From Andalucia godoyi And28 (taxonomy: Eukaryota > Protista > Jakobida): a DNA stretch of 64,000 bases. The position numbers and the translations under genes are program-made. Location: the NCBI GenBank assembly GCA_009859145.1, contig VRVR01000017.1, forward strand, positions 269,428-333,427, written 5' to 3'. The notes beneath the pieces were generated by a model, which saw only the letters and a list, made by a program, of their open reading frames with translations, had not been told where the DNA came from and ran no database searches. Of the stretch, positions 22,055 through 31,744 are shown one piece after another; the stretch's first letter is position 1, and the number at the start of each line of letters is the position of its first letter.

Positions 22055-22795
22055 TTACACAGGGTGTGGATACACTGAAACTTCCTTCTGCGAAGCAGCA
22101 CCTTGTCCCGCCGCGGGCTGGGCAACATACTCTTGCGGGGCTCCGTACATGTTTTGCTGATACGGATTCGACGAATTCGAGCCTGCAGGGTTGTGTCCCG
22201 AGGTACCTCCGTAGTTTGCAGCGCCCGAGGGCTGTCCGAAGATCTGTCCTGAATAACCGGGGGGTGCTGCAGGAGTTCCGTATGAATACTGCGGAACAGC
22301 TGACGCATACTGAGGCGCTCCAGAATCGTAGGCGCGGCCAGTGGGCGGCCCGACGTCCACAACGTAGACTTCCTCGCGGTACGGCTTGTTCACCAAGTCC
22401 CGACCGCGGTCTCCTCGCAGATGAGCTCCGATATACAAAAACCCAGCGATTGCCAGGAAAATGCCTGCAATGAAGAGCAAAAACGAAAAGAACGCAGGAA
22501 CGGCAATCAAGATGTAGAATACGCCTCGGAACGCAAGGTTGCGATAGAGCAGTCTCGGTCTTCCCCGTCTCTCCGAGTACGGTGTTTCCATGAACCAGAC
22601 AAACAAACTCAGAACAAGCTCAATCACGGATATGATGATATACCCAAAAAACAGATCGAAGATGCTCCAAAACAGCATATTGAATGCTGCGATAAGCGCA
22701 AAAATGTTGGCCACCACCGCAAGCTTGGACCGTCGCCCAAGGTCTGCGGGGCCGCTTTCTACTCCTCTCGTAGCAGGCGCGCCTGCCACAATCAT
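22055..22795 (-). CDS. Multi-pass membrane protein, COPI-associated/TVP15-TVP18-like, with a Pro/Tyr/Gly-rich C-terminal tail
   Basis: About four hydrophobic segments with the pattern FMETP...LYRNLAFRGVFYIL; family assignment from recall only. Confidence 0.55.
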   Translation of the reverse strand: MIVAGAPATRGVESGPADLGRRSKLAVVANIFALIAAFNMLFWSIFDLFFGYIIISVIELVLSLFVWFMETPYSERRGRPRLLYRNLAFRGVFYILIAVPAFFSFLLFIAGIFLAIAGFLYIGAHLRGDRGRDLVNKPYREEVYVVDVGPPTGRAYDSGAPQYASAVPQYSYGTPAAPPGYSGQIFGQPSGAANYGGTSGHNPAGSNSSNPYQQNMYGAPQEYVAQPAAGQGAASQKEVSVYPHPV

Positions 22796-23363
22796 TTTTT
22801 TCCTCCTTTCTTTTTGAACTGCTTATGCCGAGAAGACACTGAGAAGTCGCAAAGAGACAGAGAACGAGAAATTAACTGAATTTTGTCGTGGCGTTTAATG
22901 GCGCGGTGGTGGTGGTGGATAGAGGGGAACACAAATCCAATATATAAGGGAACCTAGTATTGCGTGCTTGGCTCGGTTCGAGTTGTATGCGTTATGGATA
23001 GGTGTATGGAAACTTCTGTTTTCGTCATCATGAATGTTCAAGTCAATACGTTGAAACTCTCCCCTTCTCTCTCTCTCTCTCTCTCCCCCTCTGAGGTTTG
23101 TGCGATTCAGCTTATCTGGTGCGGAGGGGGGTTAAAGGACATTTCATCGCTTGTTCGAGTGAACATCCACTGGCATATGAAAAAACCTGCCTTATGCAAT
23201 AATCAATGTGCGTGCAAGCTGCAAAAATTCGTAGTGTTAAGGATGGGTAGAGAAGTCGAAGAGCCCCCCTTCTTGTTCTAAACGATCCTGCATCCAGTTC
23301 GCATCAACTGGGCACAGCTGCTCACAATTAGTCGCTTTTACAATCCATGAAACACAACGAATC

Positions 23364-26300
23364 TCATGACAGAGAAAACCCTTCTTGTCCTTCGCGAATT
23401 GCCATGCGCAGTTTGGAAGCAAGTATATCCTTGGAAGAATACTCCGGCAACTTGAGGTAGTTCTGGCACGTCATCACACTCGGCAAGCTGTCGTCAACAT
23501 TCCCGGAATCCACGACTTTCCGAACCACAGTGAACTTCGGCTCCAAATTCCGCAGTCCACCGATGGGCAGTCTTGGGGTGCCTGTGAGGAACTTCACAAA
23601 CAGTGCTTGCTCTTCAGGTTGCAGTTCACACAGGACTTCAAACAGCGACCGAATGACCACGGACGATGCAGTGTATCCATGGTCGAGACGAACATGTTCA
23701 TACAGAGCTTCCACATCCCAAATCGACTCATCTCGAGACCCACACAACAGTGCATCCAGCTCCTCACTGGAAAACAATTTGCGCGGGAAAGACGGCAGCA
23801 CAGAGAAAAACCCGGCCCGAATCCACGCCAATTTCGACCGAATTGAAGACCCGCAAAGTAAATACCTAAATACCAGCCTCCTATATTCCAGGACGTCCGC
23901 CTTCGTGCAAACTGACCGCGACGATCCCCTCTCCATCAGCTCACAGTCTGGATAGCCCGGCAGCACAAACATCAAACATAAATTCTCAATCTCATCGCTC
24001 GTCTCAAAGTCTTTCAAAACAAGATTCTTCAGGGAGAAAACAAGGCCGGGATCAATCAAGGAAACAATCATTTCCAATCGATCGTCGTTATCCAAAATTT
24101 CCGATGTAATGTGAACTTCTGGATCATCTGCCATCACATAGGACCAGACAAACGAGTTCACGGGGAAGTCAACCAGGCGGCGGTCCACCAATGCTCGTGC
24201 AATCATCTGTCCAACCATCCGATACGTAGGCTCAGAAGCGCCCATAGCAGGCGATGGAGATGGGAAAAATCCTCGTGACGTGTTCGTGTACCAGAGAGTG
24301 TTCATCAGAGACAGTTTCTGCGCAAGAACTGCATAAAATTCATTAGACGGTCCTGAGCCAGTACCTTCTTCGTTGAAAAACTCAAATTCCATTATCGCAT
24401 CCAACTGCGAGCCTGCAAGCTTGAAGGCCTTAACCGCAGACGGCACAATAGTCGCACGATCCAGCCTGATTTTGTTCTTCTTCAAACCACCACGGTACAA
24501 ATCGGAATGCGGATGAGTTCGAGCAAACCGAGCTGCTCCTCGAAGAGGACCCAGGGAAAAGGACTCGTAAAATGCTCGCCGGGAATCAAAAGTAACCAAA
24601 AACGGATATCGATCTAGAATCAGAGAAAGTGCACCAGGCATGCCGCTGGTGGCGATGAGAACCGGATCTGCACACGCGGCAACGACAGACTGCGACAAAC
24701 GAGAATGGTTGAACGTAGACCGCGAAACAATCCCGTCAAGCAATTCATCCAGAATCTTCAAAAGCAGAAACACATCTTCCCGTCCAATCGTTCCCAATTC
24801 GGGATTCGGCAGGGTCTGTTCAAAAGTGTACACTCGCAAAAGATGGGTGGTTCTCCAGAGTGGAAGCGACAACGGATGTGCAGTAGTCGATGCAGGGTAG
24901 CTCTTGAAAGCCGCGGAGATCACGCTGTTTGTCGTATTTCGAACAGCCACTCCATTGAAAGACACCGATACGACAGGGGACGAGAGATTCATGTACTGAA
25001 TGAGCTGATTAATAGAAGCAAGAGGTTCAGAGAGAGCAATGCCCTTATCTTCTTCAACTTCAATCATCTCCTCTGCTGAATGCTGCAAGTTGTTGTTTGA
25101 AACGGAAACGGAAACGGAAACGGAACCAGAACCAGAACCAGAACCAGAACAGGATTCGGAGGCAAACGGAGTCGGCTTGGGAGACGCGTTGGGGGAGGTC
25201 GTCTTTGGAGAATCAACTGAAACAGATGCTGTTGTCCGATCCACTGCAGGAGACCCGTCTCCGGCAGGAATTACAGCAACGTCTTCTTCGTCCCCTTCCT
25301 CAAGTGACTCCTCCTCTTCAAGCGGCTCCTCGTTCCCGTATTCCTCATCCGCCACTTCTTCCAGATTCTCCGCAGGGCGACTGTCAAACACGTCCGATGC
25401 ATCATCTGCGGACGGAGCTTGGGGACCGGAAAGATCGGATTCATGGAAAGAAGGCTCGCTTTTTAGTTTCGCCATCAGCGACTCGGCCTCTGCGAGCGCC
25501 TCTCGGAGACTCTCCGTCTCCCCATGAGTCTTCAACGAATCAACCTTGCGCTTGATCTGTTCCAAATCACGAATCCTTTGTTGCAGATACAAGCGCCTGT
25601 CAGGAGACCGCGCGGGCGTACGCCGGGGACCGGCTGCTGCATCAGATTCCTTCTTCGTCTTGCGAGACACTACAGACAAATGGACTCTCATGTGGTTTCG
25701 ATTCCAGCTGGTGTTGCTCGAATGGTCGGCCTCTGCCAGGCGGATTGCATCCAACTCCGGAGAGAGCGAATCGACCAAGGCGGACACAAGGTTAGAGACG
25801 GCGGCGGGATACCTACGTGACAATTTGACAATGATTTCGTGCCGGTGACTGCGCACACAAGCGGACACATTGGGACAATCCACAAAGGAAAGCAGAACTG
25901 GAACGATGGATGACTGCTCAACTTCAAAAACAGAAATACCCTCCTCGTCCCCGATTTCACAGAACAGGGACTCCAACAGATCATCCTCATCGGAGTCAAT
26001 GCGGACGCCGTTATGGCACATCATTTTTTCAGAAAGCTGACTTGAAATGGAAGACAGATTGCGAATCTTGTCGCCAACCCCTGCTACTTCACGACCTGCA
26101 ATCTGCAGGACATTTTCACCCAGAGAGCCAAGAACGAAGAACACGCCCTCCTTTTCAAAGCACCTCTCGTAGACGTCGTTTAGCCGATCCAGCAACACTT
26201 TAACCATGAAAAGCGCTTCCTTCCGAAGATCAGGAGTTCGCAAAACGTTTGACACGAGAGAAGAAACAGGGAGCGGCCGAAGGGCTTCTCGCAAAAATGC

Positions 26301-28025
26301 CGATGACGAGTGATCGATCATCTGACTCAGCAACAGCAGACATTTTCTCTGCAAATCCACACCCTTCAAAGTATTGTACATCTGAAGCACGTGCGGAAAC
26401 AGAATAGGAAACACCTGTTCGTACGGCTCTCGAACATAATCTTCCAGCAAAGACCCGCGCTTTACCATTCTTCGTTCAACAATCCCATTGTCCGCATCTC
26501 TCGGAGGGAAAGTGTTCAGCAGAATATCAAGGATAACTCCTGCGCGCATGACATCAAATGCGTTTCGAAGGGCCTCGAATACGTGTTCTCGAATCCAGAG
26601 CTGGACGAGGGGCAGCGGCTCCATTCGAAACTCTTGGGCAAGTCGACCGAAAATGCGAATACAAGAATCCACAATTGTTCGGGACTTTGACTTTTGCATA
26701 ATTCGAGCAAAAACCAGCAGAACAGAGTCCTCAGCTGCAGGGTCATCGGAGATGCCAAACAACCGAGAGGTCGAGCCAGAAGACGTTTCCACGCAATTTG
26801 ACAGCGCGACAATCAGATTTTTTGAAAGTTCCGGATCATCCCCGTGATTCATCTTGAGGGACTGGATAAAAACCGAAGCAAAACTCTCGAGCTGCTCAGA
26901 CAATCTGCTCCTCTCACACAGTGCGAACATGCGAGCAATGATTGCAAAGCACTGGCGCTGAACAGGCATTGGCCAAAAGTCCAGAAACGTCAGTAAAGCA
27001 GGAGCAGCACGAGACTCCAACAGCGCCTCTGCAAGACCGTTTTTGTTTGCGACTTCTTCTTCTGGAGACACCGCAGCCTGCGTACTGTGATCCAGGATGG
27101 AAATACACTGCTCGGCGATGTCCATATCTGCCGGGGTCTGAAGAGGAGCGACAATAGCAGTCATGATCTCCGCTTTCCCGAGTAACGAGCTGGTCATCGG
27201 AAGCGCAGATACTAAATTACACAGACAACGCGCCGCTAGGATTCCGATGTCCGGAAGCGGATGCCCAACAAGTTGCGCTAGTATCGGGAAAGCACGGTTG
27301 GCAGGAAACATGCGCAGCGGGTCTTCGCCTTGATAGGCCAGTGAGGATGACAGGTCCATCAGTGTTGAGAGCAAGACATCTGGGTCCTGGCTCGAGAGTG
27401 ACTCTACAATTGTTCTGAATCCCGACATTTCACCAACGGTTATGGAAGCACTGTTGACGATATGCGCACGATGGCTTTTGCTGATCTCCAAAAACGATCC
27501 CAAGTCCTTTAGATGCTCGGCAGAGATATTCTTGGTGACAGAAGGCTGAGTTGAAGCACAAGAAGACGCCGAAGAAGAGGCGAGCGACGAAGACAAAGAC
27601 GAAGAGCCTACCGACGCAGAGGAAGACGCAGAAGCAGAGGACTGACTCTGGGAAGATTCTGGAAGGGGAGTGAACAATCCAGGAAAGAACGCAGATGGCG
27701 ATGCGGGAACTGAAAACGACGCAAGACCAGCACCAAAGGGAACAGAAAAGCTGTTGCTATGAAGCGTAGAATCACCGAATGCAGCGGCGTCCCGACCAGA
27801 CTTTTTCGATCTTTTCGCCAATGGCGGAAGCTCACTACTATTAATAATATTACTACTACTACTACCACCACCACTACCACCACCAGCAAGACTGGATTCG
27901 ATTGAATGTGCGTTGGGGGAAGAAAGAGGAGAAGGAGGAGTGGGTTCAGAATTCGACAACAAATCCGAAACGGGTGTTTTTCTGCTCGACCTTTTGCTCT
28001 TGTTGAAATTCGGGTGCGAAGACAT
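23364..28025 (-). CDS. HECT E3 ubiquitin ligase of the TRIP12/Ufd4/UPL3 type
   Basis: ARM-like N-terminus (AARCLCNLV, DIAEQCISIL); HECT entry FEFFNEEGTGSGPSNEFY; catalytic LPSVMTCQNYLKLPEYSS; ends EGQEGFSLS. Confidence 0.93.
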   Translation of the reverse strand: MSSHPNFNKSKRSSRKTPVSDLLSNSEPTPPSPLSSPNAHSIESSLAGGGSGGGSSSSNIINSSELPPLAKRSKKSGRDAAAFGDSTLHSNSFSVPFGAGLASFSVPASPSAFFPGLFTPLPESSQSQSSASASSSASVGSSSLSSSLASSSASSCASTQPSVTKNISAEHLKDLGSFLEISKSHRAHIVNSASITVGEMSGFRTIVESLSSQDPDVLLSTLMDLSSSLAYQGEDPLRMFPANRAFPILAQLVGHPLPDIGILAARCLCNLVSALPMTSSLLGKAEIMTAIVAPLQTPADMDIAEQCISILDHSTQAAVSPEEEVANKNGLAEALLESRAAPALLTFLDFWPMPVQRQCFAIIARMFALCERSRLSEQLESFASVFIQSLKMNHGDDPELSKNLIVALSNCVETSSGSTSRLFGISDDPAAEDSVLLVFARIMQKSKSRTIVDSCIRIFGRLAQEFRMEPLPLVQLWIREHVFEALRNAFDVMRAGVILDILLNTFPPRDADNGIVERRMVKRGSLLEDYVREPYEQVFPILFPHVLQMYNTLKGVDLQRKCLLLLSQMIDHSSSAFLREALRPLPVSSLVSNVLRTPDLRKEALFMVKVLLDRLNDVYERCFEKEGVFFVLGSLGENVLQIAGREVAGVGDKIRNLSSISSQLSEKMMCHNGVRIDSDEDDLLESLFCEIGDEEGISVFEVEQSSIVPVLLSFVDCPNVSACVRSHRHEIIVKLSRRYPAAVSNLVSALVDSLSPELDAIRLAEADHSSNTSWNRNHMRVHLSVVSRKTKKESDAAAGPRRTPARSPDRRLYLQQRIRDLEQIKRKVDSLKTHGETESLREALAEAESLMAKLKSEPSFHESDLSGPQAPSADDASDVFDSRPAENLEEVADEEYGNEEPLEEEESLEEGDEEDVAVIPAGDGSPAVDRTTASVSVDSPKTTSPNASPKPTPFASESCSGSGSGSGSVSVSVSVSNNNLQHSAEEMIEVEEDKGIALSEPLASINQLIQYMNLSSPVVSVSFNGVAVRNTTNSVISAAFKSYPASTTAHPLSLPLWRTTHLLRVYTFEQTLPNPELGTIGREDVFLLLKILDELLDGIVSRSTFNHSRLSQSVVAACADPVLIATSGMPGALSLILDRYPFLVTFDSRRAFYESFSLGPLRGAARFARTHPHSDLYRGGLKKNKIRLDRATIVPSAVKAFKLAGSQLDAIMEFEFFNEEGTGSGPSNEFYAVLAQKLSLMNTLWYTNTSRGFFPSPSPAMGASEPTYRMVGQMIARALVDRRLVDFPVNSFVWSYVMADDPEVHITSEILDNDDRLEMIVSLIDPGLVFSLKNLVLKDFETSDEIENLCLMFVLPGYPDCELMERGSSRSVCTKADVLEYRRLVFRYLLCGSSIRSKLAWIRAGFFSVLPSFPRKLFSSEELDALLCGSRDESIWDVEALYEHVRLDHGYTASSVVIRSLFEVLCELQPEEQALFVKFLTGTPRLPIGGLRNLEPKFTVVRKVVDSGNVDDSLPSVMTCQNYLKLPEYSSKDILASKLRMAIREGQEGFSLS

Positions 28026-28751
28026 GCACCGCCGACAGGAGGGGAGGGAAAAGGAAAGAAGGAAAACAAGTAGCGGTAATCGAGTATAATATATATATAA
28101 AAACACTCACTCACAGATGATGTGATACGATCTCAAACAGAAATTATGTACACAAGGCGGGGGTGTGCGTAATTCACTACAAATCTGAAAAAAACAGCTC
28201 CTGAAAAAGTGAACAGCGAAAACGAAAACAAAATGAATGTATGAAGTGAAAAGCGAATTTCAAGTCTTCACGAAATAAACGAACCCGGAAATAAAAGTTG
28301 ATGTGTGTATGTGTGTGTGCGACTGTGACAGGATCCGACGTTGTTGTTGAAGTGTTGAGTTACCCACTGCGATATTGAAGTTTGAAATTTAAAATAATAT
28401 GTTTAAAAAAAAAAAGGTGACAGAAACGAGTCGCTCTCAGTTCACGATAGGAAAGAAGGAACGAAAGAAGCAAAGGAAAAACACCGACCCACTGCTCTGG
28501 AAAATGAGACTTTAGCTAATGGGCTCGACAACACCACACACCAAACCAGCAGAGATTTGCTGATTTCTTTTTCTTTTTTTTACAGTACAGTCAAGAGAAG
28601 CAATACGAGCTCACGAAAGAAAAGAAAACACGTTGGGGTAATTGGAAACACCGCAAATGCCCGAATCCAGGATTGCTTTCCCCCTCTCAGATCTGGCATC
28701 AATGCATCAACCAATCCTTTTTTTTGTCTTCTTTTTCCCATTGGGTGCGCA

Positions 28752-29120
28752 TACATTATGTACACTGAACATGCACATCTACGAATGGACATCCATCGCG
28801 CTCCGTTCCCAATCGCGATCAATCGGTGAGCCGCTTTCTCAGCGTGGCACGTTGTTCCTGAGAAGGGTGCATTTTTTTGATTCTGACGGCCCTAGCAGCA
28901 GGCGCTTTCGTGTCCTCAGTTGCAGCGATTGATGCACCTGGAGATACGAGATCGTGTCTTGGAAGTTCGCCTCTTGGCAGTGCGCTGAACGGATGATAGG
29001 TGGCTACGCGTAAGCACGAATTCCCTGTGAAGCAAACGTGCTAGTGACGGCCAGTATTGACCGTGTCTGTTTATGGATACTTTTCCATATGCATGACAAT
29101 GACGTGTTATTATTCAACGG
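28752..29120 (+). repeat. Dispersed repeat family B (related to A), copy 1
   Basis: 28752-28902 and 29008-29120 align closely with 48203-48424 and 48663-48780. Confidence 0.9.
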
Positions 29121-29154
29121 CTCCTGCTGCTTATTCTCATGTTGGTTTCTCATT

Positions 29155-29762
29155 GCTTGCCAAAACATGAATCATTATTAATCATTGGCTACGCTGTCAC
29201 CGAAGACGGATCCAAAGCCGCATGTGTTTTACTTTTATTTTAAGTGGGACGAGCACCACCTCTCCAGTGCGGTCAAGGGGTCATCGCAACCAACATATTC
29301 CCCAATCGATTCAACATTCAATAAATGAACGTTGAAGGAAGCCGGCGGCGTTGCACATCGCTGCACCCTCTTGCTCTCTGACTTGAAAGCGCATTCCGAA
29401 CGCGCAATCGACCACATCTCCGTGATTTGATGATCATCAGCTTGCTCAGCACGTTGCGACGAGAGGGGAATCAACGGGTTTCTTGGTTCTCGGTGTCTTC
29501 GGGCATGGCCTCGGATTGAGTTTGTTGGGAAGATCCCTCTTTGGAGCCATGAGATGCTTTGTCTTTGTCTCTGATGAAAGACGCTGCGTGAGGGTTCGAT
29601 AATAAATATGAGAAACAAACACAAATAATAGAATGAAAGAAAAAAGTGTAGAATGAAAGCAATTCTGGACCTGACTACGGTAGGAGCATCGCGTCTCCAT
29701 TGGGTTGGATACACAACTTTCCGGCATGATATTGTCTGATGTCATGCACAAAACGGTCAACC
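29155..29762 (-). repeat. Dispersed repeat family C, copy 1
   Basis: Same-orientation high similarity to 60960-61542; inverted, internally deleted copy at 47954-48140. Confidence 0.92.
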
Positions 29763-29991
29763 TTGTGTTTATTAGAATTGAAATGATCGGTAGAATTGGT
29801 ATTTTTTCGTGTTTTTATTTGTTGGAGTTTTTGCTGCTTGTTCTCCAACGGGCAGCATGAATGAGAGGATTTGAAGCCGCAACGGAATTCCAAAGCCAGA
29901 GTCTTGAGAAGCCACGAAAGAAGGAGAGTTTAGAAGCGGCACAGTCACATAGGCAAGACGTAGTGTGAACAAGGAATAACCCTCATCCTCA

Positions 29992-30010
29992 TAACAACAA
30001 CAACAACAAC

Positions 30011-30053
<43 letters not shown>
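29992..30053. repeat. (CAA)n-(TAA)n microsatellite
   Basis: Seen directly, just upstream of the carrier ATG. Confidence 0.95.
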
Positions 30054-30063
30054 GCGGGGCGAC

Positions 30064-31035
30064 ATGAGTGATTCATCGCCGGGAAAGAATCTCTTGTCCG
30101 GGTCGTTGGCAGCGACGACGACGGCCTTGTGTTTGCAGCCATTTGATGTGATCAAGACCATCATGATTGGGGCGCCGTCGTTTTCAAAGACGTCGCAGTC
30201 TGTGATGTCGTCGCGTGCTAGAATCGCACAACAAATGACGTTTCGAGAGGCGTCAAAGTGGATTGTGCAGACGGAGGGCTATGCTGCTTTGTGGAAGGGC
30301 TCGGTTCCATCGCTCTTGCGCGTCGCTCCAGGTTCCGGAATGTACTTTATGACCATCTCGATTGTTTCAAAGGCATTCCATGAGTACAAGGCCCGCAAAT
30401 TGGCGCGGATCAATCGACAGAGTCCAGATGGTGTTCAGCTGTCCGTCTTTGAGATGGCGTTGGTTGGGTTCTCGTCGCGGGCCATGGTCGCCGTCCTTTC
30501 CAATCCAATCTCAGTCGTCAAGACGAGACTGGAGTACCAATCGGGCAAAAAGGTGTACTCTGGGACTGTTGATGCGTTTGTCAAGATTTGCCGCTCGGAA
30601 TCCCCAAGAGCCTTCTTCTCCGGGTTGGTTCCCACCATTGCACGTGATGCCCCATTTTCTGGGATTTATCTGGCTTCCTACAAGACCGTGAAGGGAAAGC
30701 TGGAGGCGTACTCATTTGCTTTTCCATCGGTGATGCAGCACAATTCCGTGTATGCTGCATTATCGGGCACGTGTGCAGGCATTGTCGCAACGCTGGTCAC
30801 GCATCCAGCTGATGTGATCAAGACGCGTGTGCAGCTGTCCTACGCAACAGGGCACATGCAAAAGAACCCACTGTCTTGGGCAAAACACTTTGCACAAATC
30901 GTCTCCTCCATTCTAGCAGAACATGGCTGGAGAGGGTTCATGCGAGGCGCACTTCCCCGAGTTCTCAAGAGAAGCATGTCAGCTGCGTTTACCTGGACCA
31001 TTTACGAGTATCTCATGCAGGTTATTATCAGGTAA
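30064..31035 (+). CDS. Mitochondrial carrier, SLC25A38/Hem25 (glycine carrier)-like
   Basis: Three PX[DE]XX[KR] repeats (QPFDVIKT, NPISVVKTRLE, HPADVIKTRVQ). RVAPGSGMYF, RDAPFSGIY and AFTWTIYE match the SLC25A38 subfamily pattern. Confidence 0.85.
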   Translation: MSDSSPGKNLLSGSLAATTTALCLQPFDVIKTIMIGAPSFSKTSQSVMSSRARIAQQMTFREASKWIVQTEGYAALWKGSVPSLLRVAPGSGMYFMTISIVSKAFHEYKARKLARINRQSPDGVQLSVFEMALVGFSSRAMVAVLSNPISVVKTRLEYQSGKKVYSGTVDAFVKICRSESPRAFFSGLVPTIARDAPFSGIYLASYKTVKGKLEAYSFAFPSVMQHNSVYAALSGTCAGIVATLVTHPADVIKTRVQLSYATGHMQKNPLSWAKHFAQIVSSILAEHGWRGFMRGALPRVLKRSMSAAFTWTIYEYLMQVIIR

Positions 31036-31369
31036 TTTTTTTTATTTCCTTTTTCGTTGGGTATCCACGCTCTTGTTTAGCTTTCTGTGTTTGCGTATCG
31101 TTTCCTGCAAAACCGTATGCCTCCACGCTGATTGTACGTTTTATTTCCTTCGGTTTGTACACTGTCCCGCGTCCGTTTGTTCGTCAGTCTTGATTTCAAG
31201 GATGTCTTGAGATTTCGCCTGTGTTTTTCATTGTGAAAATTTTGTATTCTTCCTCGTCGCCGTGAATGGCCGTCTTTGTATTGTTTTAATTATTATTATT
31301 AATTTTCAATTTTAAATAATGTAAAAAGACATTTTAAAAAGGCTAGCATCATCACGTTTCCAATAAAAC

Positions 31370-31723
31370 AACCGCAGTCACCTATTGCGATATGATGAAG
31401 CAGTCTAAAGCGCACGCAAACAAAAACACTGCCACGCGCCATGCCGCATGCGTTTGCTATCTTGACAACTCCGTCACACGATGCCCGATTCGTTTCGCCC
31501 CATTTTGATCATGAAATCCCTATAAACATGCCGCCGCGTTGCACTCTTGCACAGCGACGGTCATTTCATTTCTTTATTTTTATTGTTATTCTTGGGAACG
31601 TCGCTCATGCCGAGGGGCGTGTTGGGGCCTACCCCTTCCCAATCATGCTATGCATGCTGGGTTGCAACATTGATTACGGATGGGCAGCGATGATTATCCG
31701 TGGATTAGTGTACAATGTAGGCG
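31370..31723 (+). repeat. Dispersed repeat family D, copy 1
   Basis: Three blocks align with the reverse complement of 58050-58236. Confidence 0.85.
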
Positions 31724-31744
31724 TCAGACTCCTGATTTGTTGCT

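Noticed and set aside
22965-22990. GGTTCGAG resembling a tRNA T-loop
   Set aside because: No cloverleaf or acceptor stem could be formed around it.
29008-29050. Hairpin followed by CTAG as a Helitron 3' end
   Set aside because: Similarity between the two copies continues about 75 bp past CTAG, so it is not the element boundary, and I found no matching TC 5' end.
29430-29460. TGC-TGA (Cys-Sec?) at the end of the family C ORF
   Set aside because: No SECIS-like AUGA/AA/GA fold was found downstream, and the two copies differ right after the TGA.
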